In this document: positions 44,842 through 54,834 of the stretch, one piece after another
Numbering within the stretch: position 1 is the first letter of the stretch
How the letters are laid out: every line of letters begins with the position of its first letter
Assembly (NCBI GenBank): GCA_963422735.1
Contig: OY730476.1
Location: 2,144,001-2,208,000 of the forward strand
Reading direction: 5' to 3'
DNA length: 64,000 bases
Source of the DNA: Candidatus Latescibacterota bacterium
GTDB lineage: Bacteria > Latescibacterota > UBA2968 > UBA8231
The notes under the pieces: model-generated
Databases searched by the model: none
Told to the model about the DNA's origin: nothing
What the model saw: the letters and a program-made list of their open reading frames with translations, nothing else
Made by a program: the position numbers and the translations under genes

Positions 44842-45692
44842 GAAATATCGGGGTAATTCAACGGCATCCCCGTCTTGCCCAGCTCGTAGTGCGCTATGTG
44901 CCAACGCCCCAAGTTGGCGCTGAGAAAGAGCGACCGATCCGGGCCGCAGAAGGCGATATTGGTCGGGGCCGCCATGGCAGTGCCTTCGTAATCGTCGGCC
45001 AAAATATCGAGTTGGCCGTCGGCATACTGATAGATGCGATCCGGGCGATAGCAGGAGCAGTAGAGGGTGCCCTCGTCGTCAAAGGCGAGGCCATCGGGAA
45101 CGGTCTGCGGCAGGTCGAACGCGGTTTCGGCGGCACCGGCGCGGCCGTCGGCCTCGATTTTGATGCGGGCCACGCGGGGGCAGATGCTCATGGCCACATA
45201 GAGGTGTTCGCCCGTCGCATCTAGTGCCGTGCCGTTGGGGAATTCCGGCAGGGCGCGGCTCCAGACCTCGCCTTGGCCTCCCGGGGCGATCTTGCAGATC
45301 CAACCGTCGTTTTCGTGCCAGCCCCCGGAATTAGATACATAGAGGTTACCGGCCGTGTCAAAGACCGGGTAGTTGGCCGCAGTCAGCGGCACCTCGCCCG
45401 CGCGGTCGCAATACGTACTGACCGCGCCATCTGGCTCGACGCGCTTGACATTGCCGCTACAGACGTACAGGCGGTGCTGGGCATCCTGACAGATGCCGCC
45501 GACAAAACCGCCGACTTGGGCGAACTCTTCGAATGCGCGCCGGGCCAAGTCGATGCGGTAGATCTGGCCCGCTTCGCCGCCGGCATAGGCATAGCCATCA
45601 CAGCCCCAAGCAATGCACTCGGGGTGGTCGAGGCCACCGCCAAAGTCGCCGATAATAGCTGAAATCTGGGTGTGGGTATCGAGAAGAGCCAT
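44838..45692 (-). CDS. SMP-30/gluconolactonase/LRE family protein
   Basis: LDHPEC, GNLYVS, FPNGTA, VPDGLAFD..G.LY, PTNIAF.G. Confidence 0.9.
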   Translation of the reverse strand: MALLDTHTQISAIIGDFGGGLDHPECIAWGCDGYAYAGGEAGQIYRIDLARRAFEEFAQVGGFVGGICQDAQHRLYVCSGNVKRVEPDGAVSTYCDRAGEVPLTAANYPVFDTAGNLYVSNSGGWHENDGWICKIAPGGQGEVWSRALPEFPNGTALDATGEHLYVAMSICPRVARIKIEADGRAGAAETAFDLPQTVPDGLAFDDEGTLYCSCYRPDRIYQYADGQLDILADDYEGTAMAAPTNIAFCGPDRSLFLSANLGRWHIAHYELGKTGMPLNYPDIS

Positions 45693-45827
45693 AACGTTCC
45701 TTTCGCAATGGGGTACAAGGTCGGCACCGACTGTAATTCAAAGTTGCGGCACCGACAAGCCCTTATTGACAGCCGCCTACGGGTGCGCTATGGTCTGCTC
45801 TCTCAACATGTACCCCGAAAGGCCTCG

Positions 45828-46101
45828 TGAAAGCCACGAAAATCGAACGCTTGGAGCCTCTCCTCTGGGACCGCTGTCTCCTCCTGAAGATCCACTGCGA
45901 AGACGGCACTGTCGGCATCGGCGAGGGCGGCGTCCACGGCTGGCAGACCGTGCTCGAGACTGTCTGATGGGCGGCAAGACCCGCACAAGGTCCGCTGCTA
46001 TATGCACATCGTCTCCGATACGCTCGACGAGTCGCCATCCCGTCCAAGACAAGGTCCTCGAAACGCCCATCGGCTGCGACGGGTCGGTGCAAGACCGCTA
46101 A
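45828..46101 (+). pseudogene. Internally deleted enolase-superfamily gene remnant
   Basis: VKATKIERLEPLLWDRCLLLKIHCEDGTVGIGEGGVHGW.. joined to C-terminal ..ETPIGCDGSVQDR*. Confidence 0.7.
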
Positions 46102-46110
46102 GGATACCCC

Positions 46111-46962
46111 ATGGATTTCGCAAAATTAAAAAACGAACAACGCGAGTTTTTCGACGACAACGGCTATCTCATCGTCCCCGATGCGCTCGACCAGGAAACT
46201 ATTGAGCAGGTCACCGCAGCCGCCGATCGCCGGATGGAAGACTTCGCCTACGAGGGCTATTACCAGCACCGCCGCGACGGCATCGTCCAAGATCCTACCC
46301 TCGCCAAGCTAGCCACCGACTCGGCGATCGTCCCGCTCGTCATCCAGCTCCTCGGCACCCATATCCACATCACCAACACGGCCCTGATCTACAAACACCC
46401 CCAACCCGCCGACGACCCCGGCGACTGCACCTGGCACCGCGACGTGGGCGTCCACCTCGATTTGGGGCACACCCGCATTCCGCGCGTTGGCCTCAAGGTT
46501 GGCTACTGCCTCACTGACATGGACGGCCCCCATACCGGTGCCACGCTCTTCGCGCCCGGCAGCAATCGCCTCGCCAAACCCCTCGCCATCTCCAAAGACC
46601 GGATCCACCCCGAAGAGTACCTCGAACCCCCCCTCAAAGCCGGCGATGCCTTTCTCTTTGAAAGCCGCATCTACCACGGCGCGGCCATCAATAGCCAGCA
46701 CTGCGTCGCCAAAGTCGCGATGTTCGGCTATCACTACTGTTGGATCCGCCCCGATTACTATCTGCGCTACTACGACGGAGAGGTCCAGCCGAGCGCGGTT
46801 GTGGTCGCCGACCTCAACGATGTCGGCCGCCAGCTTCTAGGTGCCACCGCCGACGCGCAGGGCCGCCAAGCCCCCAACGGTATCGACTGGCCCATTGCCG
46901 AATGGGCCGCAGAGCACGGCTTGTCTTTGGAAAGAGCACCGCAGCGAATTGACGCGGTGTGA
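46111..46962 (+). CDS. PhyH-family dioxygenase
   Basis: FFDDNGYLIV, WHRD, LKVGYCLTD, PGSN, AGDAFLFE.RIYH. Confidence 0.92.
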   Translation: MDFAKLKNEQREFFDDNGYLIVPDALDQETIEQVTAAADRRMEDFAYEGYYQHRRDGIVQDPTLAKLATDSAIVPLVIQLLGTHIHITNTALIYKHPQPADDPGDCTWHRDVGVHLDLGHTRIPRVGLKVGYCLTDMDGPHTGATLFAPGSNRLAKPLAISKDRIHPEEYLEPPLKAGDAFLFESRIYHGAAINSQHCVAKVAMFGYHYCWIRPDYYLRYYDGEVQPSAVVVADLNDVGRQLLGATADAQGRQAPNGIDWPIAEWAAEHGLSLERAPQRIDAV

Positions 46963-47040
46963 GGTTAGTATGGCACGCTATGCGAGAGGAAAAATCTCTG
47001 CGTCAAAAGTTTCTATCTCAACCGATACGCGATAGAAGAA

Positions 47041-48195
47041 TTAACGCTCGCTCTCGTCCCCGCCAAAATCCAGATTAGCCACCCTAACGCCCCGCTGGTA
47101 TTCATACGCCTCATCTACCGGTGCAATGATCCAAGCATTTTCCGGCTGCAAATCGCCGACCAACTCAAAGAATCCCCGCGACGGTTTAGGGGCTTTTGAG
47201 AATTTGCATTCAAAAACCACCGTCCGGTCCCCTCGTTCCATTACCAAGTCAATCTCCGCTCCGTTACCCGTGCGAATAAACGACGGTCGCCAGCGAGGCC
47301 ACGCAGCAATCAGATGCTCCAGCACCAAACCCTCCCATGAAGCACCGACTATCGGGTGTCCGAGCAATTGGTCGTACCTTTCGATTTCGAGCAACGCATG
47401 CAAGATGCCGCTGTCCCTTACATACACTTTGTGAGAACTGACCAAGCGTTTCTTCAGCTTCACCTCGCAGGGAGGCAATAGGCGAATCATATACGTTTGC
47501 TCGAGAACGGCCAGATACTTCTTTAGAGTTGGCACTGATACATCGACCGCTCCGGCCAGCTTGCTATAGTTGATCGTCTGGCCGTGGTAATGCGCCAGCA
47601 TCTGCCATAGCCGCTGCACCACGGGTACTGGCAGACTCAGGCCGAGCGCGGGAATATCTCGCTCCAAAAAGGTCTGAATAAAATCCTGCCGCCAAACGAA
47701 GCTATCCTCTGCATCCCCAGCGAGCAGGCTATCGGGAAACCCTCCGCGTACCCACAACGTCTGCCAATCGGCGACTTGTCTCGTCTCCGATCGCAAAAAT
47801 GGCGTCAACCGCAGATAGGCGATCCGACCGGCCAGCGATTCGCTCGACTGCTGGATCAACTCCCGCGATGCCGATCCGAGGATCAAAAAGCGCCCCGGAC
47901 GCCGGTCGCGATCAATTTCGGATCGCAACACTGCGAAGAATTCCGGCAGGCGCTGAATCTCATCCAGACACACCAGTTCTTGGCGGTGTTGTTCGAGAAA
48001 GAGTTCGGGTTCGGCGAGTCTGTTGAGATCAATGCGATTCTGCAAATCCAGATAGGCTACTGACTGTCCTTTTAAATATTCGCGGGCCAGTGTTGATTTA
48101 CCGCATTGACGAGGCCCAAGGATTGCAACGGCAGGGGAACGTCCCAAGGCTCGCCTTAACTCAGATTCTGCCTTTCTCGGCAAATATCCATGCAA
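47041..48195 (-). CDS. ATP-binding protein (AAA_14 + DUF4143)
   Basis: GPRQCGKSTL, LDEIQ, GRFLILGSAS, RGGFP, KVYVRDSGILH, GASWEG, EIDLV; probable TTG start with AAGGGAG SD. Confidence 0.9.
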   Translation of the reverse strand: MHGYLPRKAESELRRALGRSPAVAILGPRQCGKSTLAREYLKGQSVAYLDLQNRIDLNRLAEPELFLEQHRQELVCLDEIQRLPEFFAVLRSEIDRDRRPGRFLILGSASRELIQQSSESLAGRIAYLRLTPFLRSETRQVADWQTLWVRGGFPDSLLAGDAEDSFVWRQDFIQTFLERDIPALGLSLPVPVVQRLWQMLAHYHGQTINYSKLAGAVDVSVPTLKKYLAVLEQTYMIRLLPPCEVKLKKRLVSSHKVYVRDSGILHALLEIERYDQLLGHPIVGASWEGLVLEHLIAAWPRWRPSFIRTGNGAEIDLVMERGDRTVVFECKFSKAPKPSRGFFELVGDLQPENAWIIAPVDEAYEYQRGVRVANLDFGGDESER

Positions 48196-48225
48196 TTTGC
48201 TAACTCCCTTTATTATTTTACATGG

Positions 48226-48254
48226 ATTATAGCCAAATTGAGACGAATTTTCAA
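48226..48254 (-). promoter_or_regulatory. Sigma70 promoter TTGAAA-17-TATAAT for the AAA_14 gene
   Basis: Near-consensus hexamers at 17-nt spacing; tccatg..catgga inverted repeat spans the SD and start. Confidence 0.7.
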
Positions 48255-48380
48255 GTAGAGCCGTTGCAGATGCTCTATGTCGCTGTCTTCTTTTGTATTT
48301 TGCCGCATTCACTCCGCACAGTAACTTAATCTCGGCTCGCGTATTAAGTCGCACCCCAGTGGAAAGGCCCAAGTACCACC

Positions 48381-49805
48381 ATGAAAATCTGCTTCTTCAG
48401 CATTAGACACCTCTCGCGCTGCATCCTCGCCACCCTCGCCATCAGCGTAGCCTCCATGACCCAAGCCCAGTCCGACCCCGACCGCATCCAGCCCTATGCC
48501 GCCAATCCGCGCTACTGGCAGTACAAAGGTCAACCCGTGCTCCTGCTGGGCGGAACGATCAAAGACTGCCTCTTCCAAATACCCGATCTCGAAGCCCATC
48601 TCGACCTCCTGCAATCGGTCGGCGGCAACTACGTGCGCAATACTATGAGCGACCGCCGTTTCTACGGCTATGAGGTCCCAGCCTTCCACCAAAATGCCGA
48701 TGGCCAGTACGACCTCAACCGCTGGAACCCGACGTATTGGCAGCGCTTTGCCGATCTTTTGCGCTGGACTGCAGAGCCCGATATCATCGTCCAGATAGAA
48801 ATGTGGGACCGCTTTGACCACAGCCAAGGACCTTGGGCGGAAGACCCCTTCAATCCGGCCAACAATATCAACTATACCGTCGAGGAATCGGGCCTAAAAA
48901 CAGACTATCCCGCCCACCCCGGCGGCAACTGGCAGCCTTTTTTCTATACTGTCCCCACCTTGCGCGACAACCAAGTCGTGCTGCCCTACCAACAGGCTTT
49001 TGTCGATCAAGTCCTCAAGCATTCCCTCGCCTACGACCACGTGCTCTACTGCATGGACAACGAGACCAGCGGCGATCCGAAGTGGGGTGCCTATTGGAAC
49101 GACTATATCAAGGAGCGGGCGCAGCGAGCGGGCAAGACCGTTGAAACCACCGAAATGTGGGACGAATGGGACGTGCGGGGGCAAACGCATCGCGCTACCT
49201 TCGACCACCCGGAGCACTATTCTTTTATCGACATTTCGCAGAATAGCTGGCAGCGCGAGCAAACCAATTGGGATCACGCCCAGTGGGTGTGGCAGTACAT
49301 CGCCGCGCAGCCGCGGCCGATTAATTCGACCAAGATCTACGGTGCCCAGACGCACCGGGACCAAAGCCGGGGCATCGACGCCCGCCACGCCACCGAGTGC
49401 TTTTGGCGCAACCTCATCGGCGGCTTTGCCTCCAGCCGCTTTCACCGGCCGACCTCCGGCCTAGGGCTGAGCATCCAAGCCCAATCTCACATTCGCAGCG
49501 GTCGCATGCTGTCTGAGGTCTTCGACTTTTTCAACGCCGAGCCTGATTCCGACAGCACCCTACTGCGCGACCGCGCCGCCAACGAGGCCTATCTCAGCCG
49601 CGTTTCCGGCCGCCAGTACGCCCTCTACTTTACCGATGGCGGCACTGTGGGCCTCGATCTGACTGAAGAAAAAGGCACCTTCGAGGTCCAATGGCTCGAC
49701 ATTGCCGCCAGCACTTGGGAATCCGCCGCCGACTTGGACGGCGGCGTAGTACAACTGGCCGCTCCCCGAGGCGGCCCCTATGTCGCCCTGCTGACGCGGC
49801 ACTAG
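48381..49805 (+). CDS. Secreted glycoside-hydrolase-like TIM-barrel protein (DUF4038/DUF6298-like) with C-terminal beta domain
   Basis: Signal peptide, NPRYWQYKG.PVLLLG, GGNYVRN, NETSG, QYALYF..GG. Confidence 0.7.
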   Translation: MKICFFSIRHLSRCILATLAISVASMTQAQSDPDRIQPYAANPRYWQYKGQPVLLLGGTIKDCLFQIPDLEAHLDLLQSVGGNYVRNTMSDRRFYGYEVPAFHQNADGQYDLNRWNPTYWQRFADLLRWTAEPDIIVQIEMWDRFDHSQGPWAEDPFNPANNINYTVEESGLKTDYPAHPGGNWQPFFYTVPTLRDNQVVLPYQQAFVDQVLKHSLAYDHVLYCMDNETSGDPKWGAYWNDYIKERAQRAGKTVETTEMWDEWDVRGQTHRATFDHPEHYSFIDISQNSWQREQTNWDHAQWVWQYIAAQPRPINSTKIYGAQTHRDQSRGIDARHATECFWRNLIGGFASSRFHRPTSGLGLSIQAQSHIRSGRMLSEVFDFFNAEPDSDSTLLRDRAANEAYLSRVSGRQYALYFTDGGTVGLDLTEEKGTFEVQWLDIAASTWESAADLDGGVVQLAAPRGGPYVALLTRH

Positions 49806-49844
49806 CATTGTTGCATTCCGCGCAGCAAGCACTTTGGAGCAACG

Positions 49845-50783
49845 ATGAACCTTAGCGACCGCGTCTTCTTCGGGCAGACCGATCTTCAGGTCTCGCGCTT
49901 GTGCCAAGGTACCGCCTTCCGCCATCTGCCCCGCGCCGACAGCCCCCAGTCCCTAGCCGTGCTCCACCACTGCTTGGACCAAGGAGTCAACTTCTTCGAC
50001 ACGGCGCAGGCTTACGGTTGGGGTGGGGCCGAGGAGGTGCTGGGGCGGGCGATCGCCAGTCGCCGCGACGAGGTCGTTCTCTGCACCAAGGTCCCTGCTT
50101 CGCTGGCCCCCACAAGCGACGGTGATCCCGGAGAGCGCGTCCTCTACACCCGCGATCACCTCACCGATCGCCTCGAAGAAAGTCTCCGCCGCCTCCGCAC
50201 CGACTGCGTTGACCTGTACCTTTTGCATCACCGCGACGCGGATACGCCGCCGGAGGCCATCGCCGAAGTCATGGAGGATTTGGTGCAGGCGGGCAAGACT
50301 CGCTACTGGGGAGTCTCCAACCATCGCGCCGCCGAAGTCGAAGCCTTTCTCTCCTTGGCCCCTATAGCTGGTGTCGAGGACTACTACAATATCGCCGGCA
50401 GCCACTGCGACGAAGCAGGGCACTCGCGAGTGGAGATTTACGAGAAAGAAATGCTGCCCCTGCTGCGGCGTACCGGACTAGGGTGCCTAGCCTTTAGCCC
50501 GATGGATACCGGGCTGCTGGCCCGGCCCAACGACCCCGCCCTCTCTGCCTTAGTCGCCGCCATTGACCAAGTTGCCACCGACTTGGGCACCTTTCGCGCT
50601 GCCGTCTGCGTCGCGTGGGTTCTGCATCAGGGCCTTACCTGTGTGCTCGCTGGTGCCGAGAGCGTTGCGCACGTCAGCACCAATCTCCAAGGCACCGGCC
50701 TCCAACTTCCCGCAGACGCTCTCCTTACCCTCGACCAAGCGCGACAGACCTACCGCGCCAGCCAACAGGAGCAGCGCACGTGA
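49845..50783 (+). CDS. Aldo/keto reductase
   Basis: GVNFFDTAQAYG, SLRRL.TD.VDLYLLH, GK.RYWGVSN. Confidence 0.93.
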   Translation: MNLSDRVFFGQTDLQVSRLCQGTAFRHLPRADSPQSLAVLHHCLDQGVNFFDTAQAYGWGGAEEVLGRAIASRRDEVVLCTKVPASLAPTSDGDPGERVLYTRDHLTDRLEESLRRLRTDCVDLYLLHHRDADTPPEAIAEVMEDLVQAGKTRYWGVSNHRAAEVEAFLSLAPIAGVEDYYNIAGSHCDEAGHSRVEIYEKEMLPLLRRTGLGCLAFSPMDTGLLARPNDPALSALVAAIDQVATDLGTFRAAVCVAWVLHQGLTCVLAGAESVAHVSTNLQGTGLQLPADALLTLDQARQTYRASQQEQRT

Positions 50784-51661
50784 ACATCGTCGATGCCCAT
50801 ATCCACGTCTGGTCCTCCGACTTTGACCGATATCCACTGGCCCCGGGCTTTACATCCGCCGACCTGTGGCTGCCCTCTTTTACGCCCGCCGATCACTTTG
50901 CGTATAGCCGCAAGGTCGGCAAGGTCCGCATCAACCTAGTGCAGATGACCTGGTACGGCCTCGACCACCGCTACATCCTCGATTTGATCGCCTCTGATCC
51001 TGAGACTTACACGGGCACCGGCATTGTCCCCGGGGTCTCCGACGTGTCGCTGGCCGATCCGGGTAAGACCATGCTCTCCTTGGCCGAGGGGGGTATTTGC
51101 GCTTTCCGCGTGCGCGGCGGCAAAACCGGTCGTCCGACCGCGTTTGGCCATCTGGACCGCTGGCTCGACTATCCAGGCTATGAATCAATGTTCCGCACCG
51201 GAGCCGAGCACAATCTGGCCCTTAGTTTCCTCATGGGACTCACAGACCTTCCCGGCCTGATCCGCCTCTGCCGCCGCTTCCCGGAGACCCCGGTCATCCT
51301 CGACCATCTCTGCGGGGTGCGCATCCGCGACGGCGTCTGGCCCGAAGGCGATATTCGCACCCTCTGCAACATGGCCCACTACCCGCGCGTCATGGTCAAG
51401 CTCGGTCCGTTCCAAGCCCTCGGCGATGGCGAGGCCCCCTACCTGGACCTCCTACCCCTCATCGAGCGCGTCGTCGATGCCTTTGGACCCGAACGCGTCA
51501 TGTGGGAAAGCGACAGCGGCGGTCCCGTCCGCATGAAAAATCCCGCCAATGACTTCCCCGCGGCGGTCGCCCTGATCCGCGACCACGCCGATTTCCTCAG
51601 CCAACGCGACAAAGAGCAAGTCCTAAGTAAGACGGCCGAGGATTTCTTTTTTAACCGCTAA
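50780..51661 (+). CDS. Amidohydrolase_2 family protein (lactonase-like)
   Basis: IVDAHIHVW, VILDHL, FGPERVMWESD; GTG start overlapping the upstream stop. Confidence 0.9.
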   Translation: MNIVDAHIHVWSSDFDRYPLAPGFTSADLWLPSFTPADHFAYSRKVGKVRINLVQMTWYGLDHRYILDLIASDPETYTGTGIVPGVSDVSLADPGKTMLSLAEGGICAFRVRGGKTGRPTAFGHLDRWLDYPGYESMFRTGAEHNLALSFLMGLTDLPGLIRLCRRFPETPVILDHLCGVRIRDGVWPEGDIRTLCNMAHYPRVMVKLGPFQALGDGEAPYLDLLPLIERVVDAFGPERVMWESDSGGPVRMKNPANDFPAAVALIRDHADFLSQRDKEQVLSKTAEDFFFNR

Positions 51662-51764
51662 GAAGCGCACCGCGATCAGCCGCACGCTCCTGCTTGATGC
51701 ACCCTCCCCCATTCCGTACACTCCCCCCAATAGCCCACCCCATCGCCCCCAAAGGAGCTCAATC

Positions 51765-52571
51765 GTGAAAATTGGCCTCTACGCCTCCATGTTCGGCAAA
51801 GACGATCCACCCACCCTGCAAAGCATCGAAAGTTACATTGACCACGCCTACGACCTCCGTCTCGACTTGATCGACTTTCGCCGCGACCGCGGCTTTAGCT
51901 CCAAAGACGCCGACTACCTCATCAAGACCAAGCTCGCCTGCATCGAAAAGGGGCTTGCCATCGGCTATTTAGCTTCCGGAGGGCACTTTGTCGGCAACGA
52001 CGAGGAACTGCGCGACAAGGTCGCCACCGCCAAGGCCGACATGGACATTGCGCTGATTTTGGGCGCGCCCATGATCCGCTTGTTCTGCGGCCAACCCCTC
52101 ACCGACCCAGAGCAACGCGTACGCGAAATTCGCTGCTTTCAGGAGGTCGCTGACTACGGCCTCGAAATAGGCCTCGCCGTCGGCCTGCAAAACCACCCCT
52201 CCACCGGCGACGATGTCATACGCATCATTGAGGAAACTGATCGGCCCAACTTTAGCTTCCTGCTCGACACCGGCCAGTGGTGCGGCTCGCCAGCCCGCAA
52301 CCGAGGCATTCCCGACCCGGATCACGACATTTACGCCTATATGCAGCAGACCGCCCATCTAGCCACCCACGTCCGCGCCAAGTTCTACAAGATCGACAGC
52401 GGCAAAGAGGAGTGGATCGACTACGAGCGCATCGTACCCATTCTCGCCGAGGCCGGATACAATGGGCCGCTCTCCGTCGTCTTTGAAGGCCAAGGCATCA
52501 ACGATTGCGACGACAAGGAAGTAGTCCGCTTGGCGGCCGCACACCTGCGGGATTTGGCCTCCCGACTCTAA
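51765..52571 (+). CDS. Sugar phosphate isomerase/epimerase (xylose isomerase-like TIM barrel)
   Basis: LGAPMIRLF, LQNH, LDTGQW, HVRAKFY, GYNGPLSVVFEG. Confidence 0.9.
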   Translation: MKIGLYASMFGKDDPPTLQSIESYIDHAYDLRLDLIDFRRDRGFSSKDADYLIKTKLACIEKGLAIGYLASGGHFVGNDEELRDKVATAKADMDIALILGAPMIRLFCGQPLTDPEQRVREIRCFQEVADYGLEIGLAVGLQNHPSTGDDVIRIIEETDRPNFSFLLDTGQWCGSPARNRGIPDPDHDIYAYMQQTAHLATHVRAKFYKIDSGKEEWIDYERIVPILAEAGYNGPLSVVFEGQGINDCDDKEVVRLAAAHLRDLASRL

Positions 52572-52602
52572 CGCCAATCCCTTTCCGAGTGGAGGCTATG
52601 CC

Positions 52603-52990
52603 ATGTCGAGGCGCGTCAACCAAGATCAGTTCTTAGAAGAAGGCTATGTAATCCTGCGCCACGTTATCCCGCCAGAGATGCTGGATGCAGTGTGCACGGC
52701 CTGCGAAAAAATGATCGATCGCCAGCGGCCCCCACTGGCGGCGTCTGGGAAACTCAAACGCCCCGATTTCGCCGCGCTCCCTGCCCACGACCAACGCTAC
52801 GCTACGAGTATGCACCCGATGACCTTGCAAGTGGGGGCAGCCTATTGCCGACCGTTTCTTAGCAGCGGAAGCCGGGCTGTGGATGCGCTTCAAACCCGTG
52901 GACGACGCTCTGCAAGCTCCAGAGCTGCAAGAGGGGCCCGGTTTCCAAGGCGAGGAGACGGAGACCCGCCGACCTCAGCGTCGAACGCTT
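52603..52990 (+). pseudogene. PhyH-family remnant with internal deletions
   Basis: NQDQFLEEGYVILRHVIPP N-terminus fused to C-terminal-like LWMRFKPVDDALQ..PGFQ; catalytic core missing. Confidence 0.65.
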
Positions 52991-53014
52991 TACCGCTGGT
53001 TGGGATGCTTAGGA

Positions 53015-53653
53015 TCAGAAGGCATAGTTCAGTGCCACGCTTGGCGTACCCGTCCGCGCTCCCGCTTGCAGCTTAAGCCGCTTGCCGTACTTAAACCGCA
53101 CTCGATCGCGTTTGTCCTCAATCACTTGGATGCCGTGCAAGAAGTCGTAGATCATACTACCGGCGATAGTGATCACTCCCAATGCAACTAGCGGTCCGCC
53201 CACCCCACCATCGCGATGGAGTTCTCGCAGGCGGTACTTGGGCGTCTCCCCTTCTAGCGAAACGGGGATCTGCTCGTAGCGGCGTTCTTTGTCTTTGTCC
53301 CCAGCGTTGATTACTAGGACGTCAAAATCCGTATCCGCGAATTCCCCTTCGTCCCACAGTGCCGCTCCAGCGATAATCGAGGCGACGCCCGCAAGACTCG
53401 TAGCCAAAAGCCACTTGCCCGTCCTAGGCTCCCCCGCGTAGAAGTGCATCATGCCCGGGACTGGAATCGCGCTCCGCATCAGTCCTGTGGAGATGCGGCG
53501 GTTCATGTCTTGGTACTCCTCGTAGGTCATATCCTGCGGTATGGGTATTAGCGGTGCCTCGTTCAGCACATCGCCTGTTCCCTGCGCCACAGCCGACGAC
53601 GGCAAGACAAATGCCAGCGCAAGCTTCACTATCCCTAGCGCGTATTTTCTCAT
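53015..53653 (-). CDS. Hypothetical exported/membrane protein
   Basis: AGGAG SD, signal peptide, IPVPGMMHFYAGE, TM helices, terminal Phe. Confidence 0.8.
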   Translation of the reverse strand: MRKYALGIVKLALAFVLPSSAVAQGTGDVLNEAPLIPIPQDMTYEEYQDMNRRISTGLMRSAIPVPGMMHFYAGEPRTGKWLLATSLAGVASIIAGAALWDEGEFADTDFDVLVINAGDKDKERRYEQIPVSLEGETPKYRLRELHRDGGVGGPLVALGVITIAGSMIYDFLHGIQVIEDKRDRVRFKYGKRLKLQAGARTGTPSVALNYAF

Positions 53654-53821
53654 GGTTTAATTCTCCTGTTTTGGGTTGGCGGTTTGCGAAGCTCTGGCGG
53701 AGGACGATCCGGCCACTTAGGTCGTCCAGCCAGCGACAGTTGTGACTTATAACACCTGAGTACCACCATAGTGTCACTGCTATTGTCTATTTCAATCGAC
53801 TCTACGAACTCGAGCCATTGT

Positions 53822-54070
53822 TCATGTATCCCACTCCGCGTAAATATCCGCGATAACTTCGTCGACCGGCACCCGATCCGTCTCCGCGTCGAGCACCGAT
53901 GCCTGCACCGAGGCTTCGGCGAGCAGGGCCGGCACCTATCCGTGCCTGCCTGCCTCCGTTTGCAGGAGTTCAGTACGGCTCAAGTCAGGTGCCTCCTCCC
54001 CACTCGTCTGCAAGCGCAACCGCCGTCTGTCTCCAAAGTGATTGCGAAGCTCTTCAAAGGGGCCGTCGCC
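53822..54070 (-). pseudogene. C-terminal remnant of ABC transporter ATP-binding subunit
   Basis: DGPFEELRNHFGDRRRL..*VPALLAEA..DAETDRVPVDEVIADIYAEWDT*. Confidence 0.65.
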
Positions 54071-54082
54071 CCCGGTCTGTCA

Positions 54083-54598
54083 TCACGATCCGACCAGCCA
54101 GAATACCATGCACGCTGCAAAAAACAGATCCAACGCCGTGCCCACCGCCACGCCAAGCACCAAACTGAGCAGGAACCACAGGCCGGCCGTCCATGTCGCC
54201 GGGGAGAAGTCAACTCCCAGCAGCGGCGCGGTGAGCAACAGCGGCAGCGAAAAGAACAGCAGGCCGGGGATCCAGCCGCCGACCATTCCGGCCAGCATCT
54301 GCCCGTAGATTCCCATCGGCCGCACGAAGCGGTTAGCTATATTTCCACTCCACAGATCGCTGTCGATCTGGGTGCGGCCCAATAGCTGGTCGGCAAAAAT
54401 TGCGGCGACCATGGTATAGGTCTGTACCGCCTCCAAGCCCATCCCCGCAACGACGCCCTAGCCCACCATCACCGTGCGCCAGAGCGAGAGCAAGATCGTC
54501 TACGCGAAATCGCCAATCAGGCCCCAAGGCGTGTCGTTGAGCGACTGTGTCGCGACGATGGTGATGGTTTTACCGTATTTGTGCAGCAGTGGTATCAT
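54083..54598 (-). pseudogene. ABC-2 family permease remnant with in-frame stops
   Basis: MIPLLHKYGKT..GDFA*TILLSLWRTVMVG*GVVAGMGLEAVQTYT..GNIANRFVRPM..LSLVLG. Confidence 0.8.
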
Positions 54599-54637
54599 CG
54601 GTTATCTCCTAAATAAGCCCGCGGTCTCTGGAAGCCA

Positions 54638-54667
54638 TAAAAAAGCCGGGAACAAGACTCCCGGCTA
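54638..54667 (-). terminator. Intrinsic terminator upstream of the ABC-2 remnant
   Basis: Minus strand agccggga-gtcttgt-tcccggct followed by a T-run. Confidence 0.85.
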
Positions 54668-54834
54668 AATTATACAACTCATTGTTTATAAGAGCCTTAG
54701 ATTGTCCTCTTCAGGGTATCGTGGGCACAGCTATCCTTTGCGCGGCCCCGGTGGAACCTCTCGTGCGGCTCAATTCGATGCCTACGCGCACGGCAATGGA
54801 TAGAAGGTGGGAATTGATCGCTTGAAGCGGACCG

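Noticed and set aside
54690-54720. Hammerhead ribozyme (CUGAAGAG on the minus strand)
   Set aside because: No downstream GAAA core or compatible stems.
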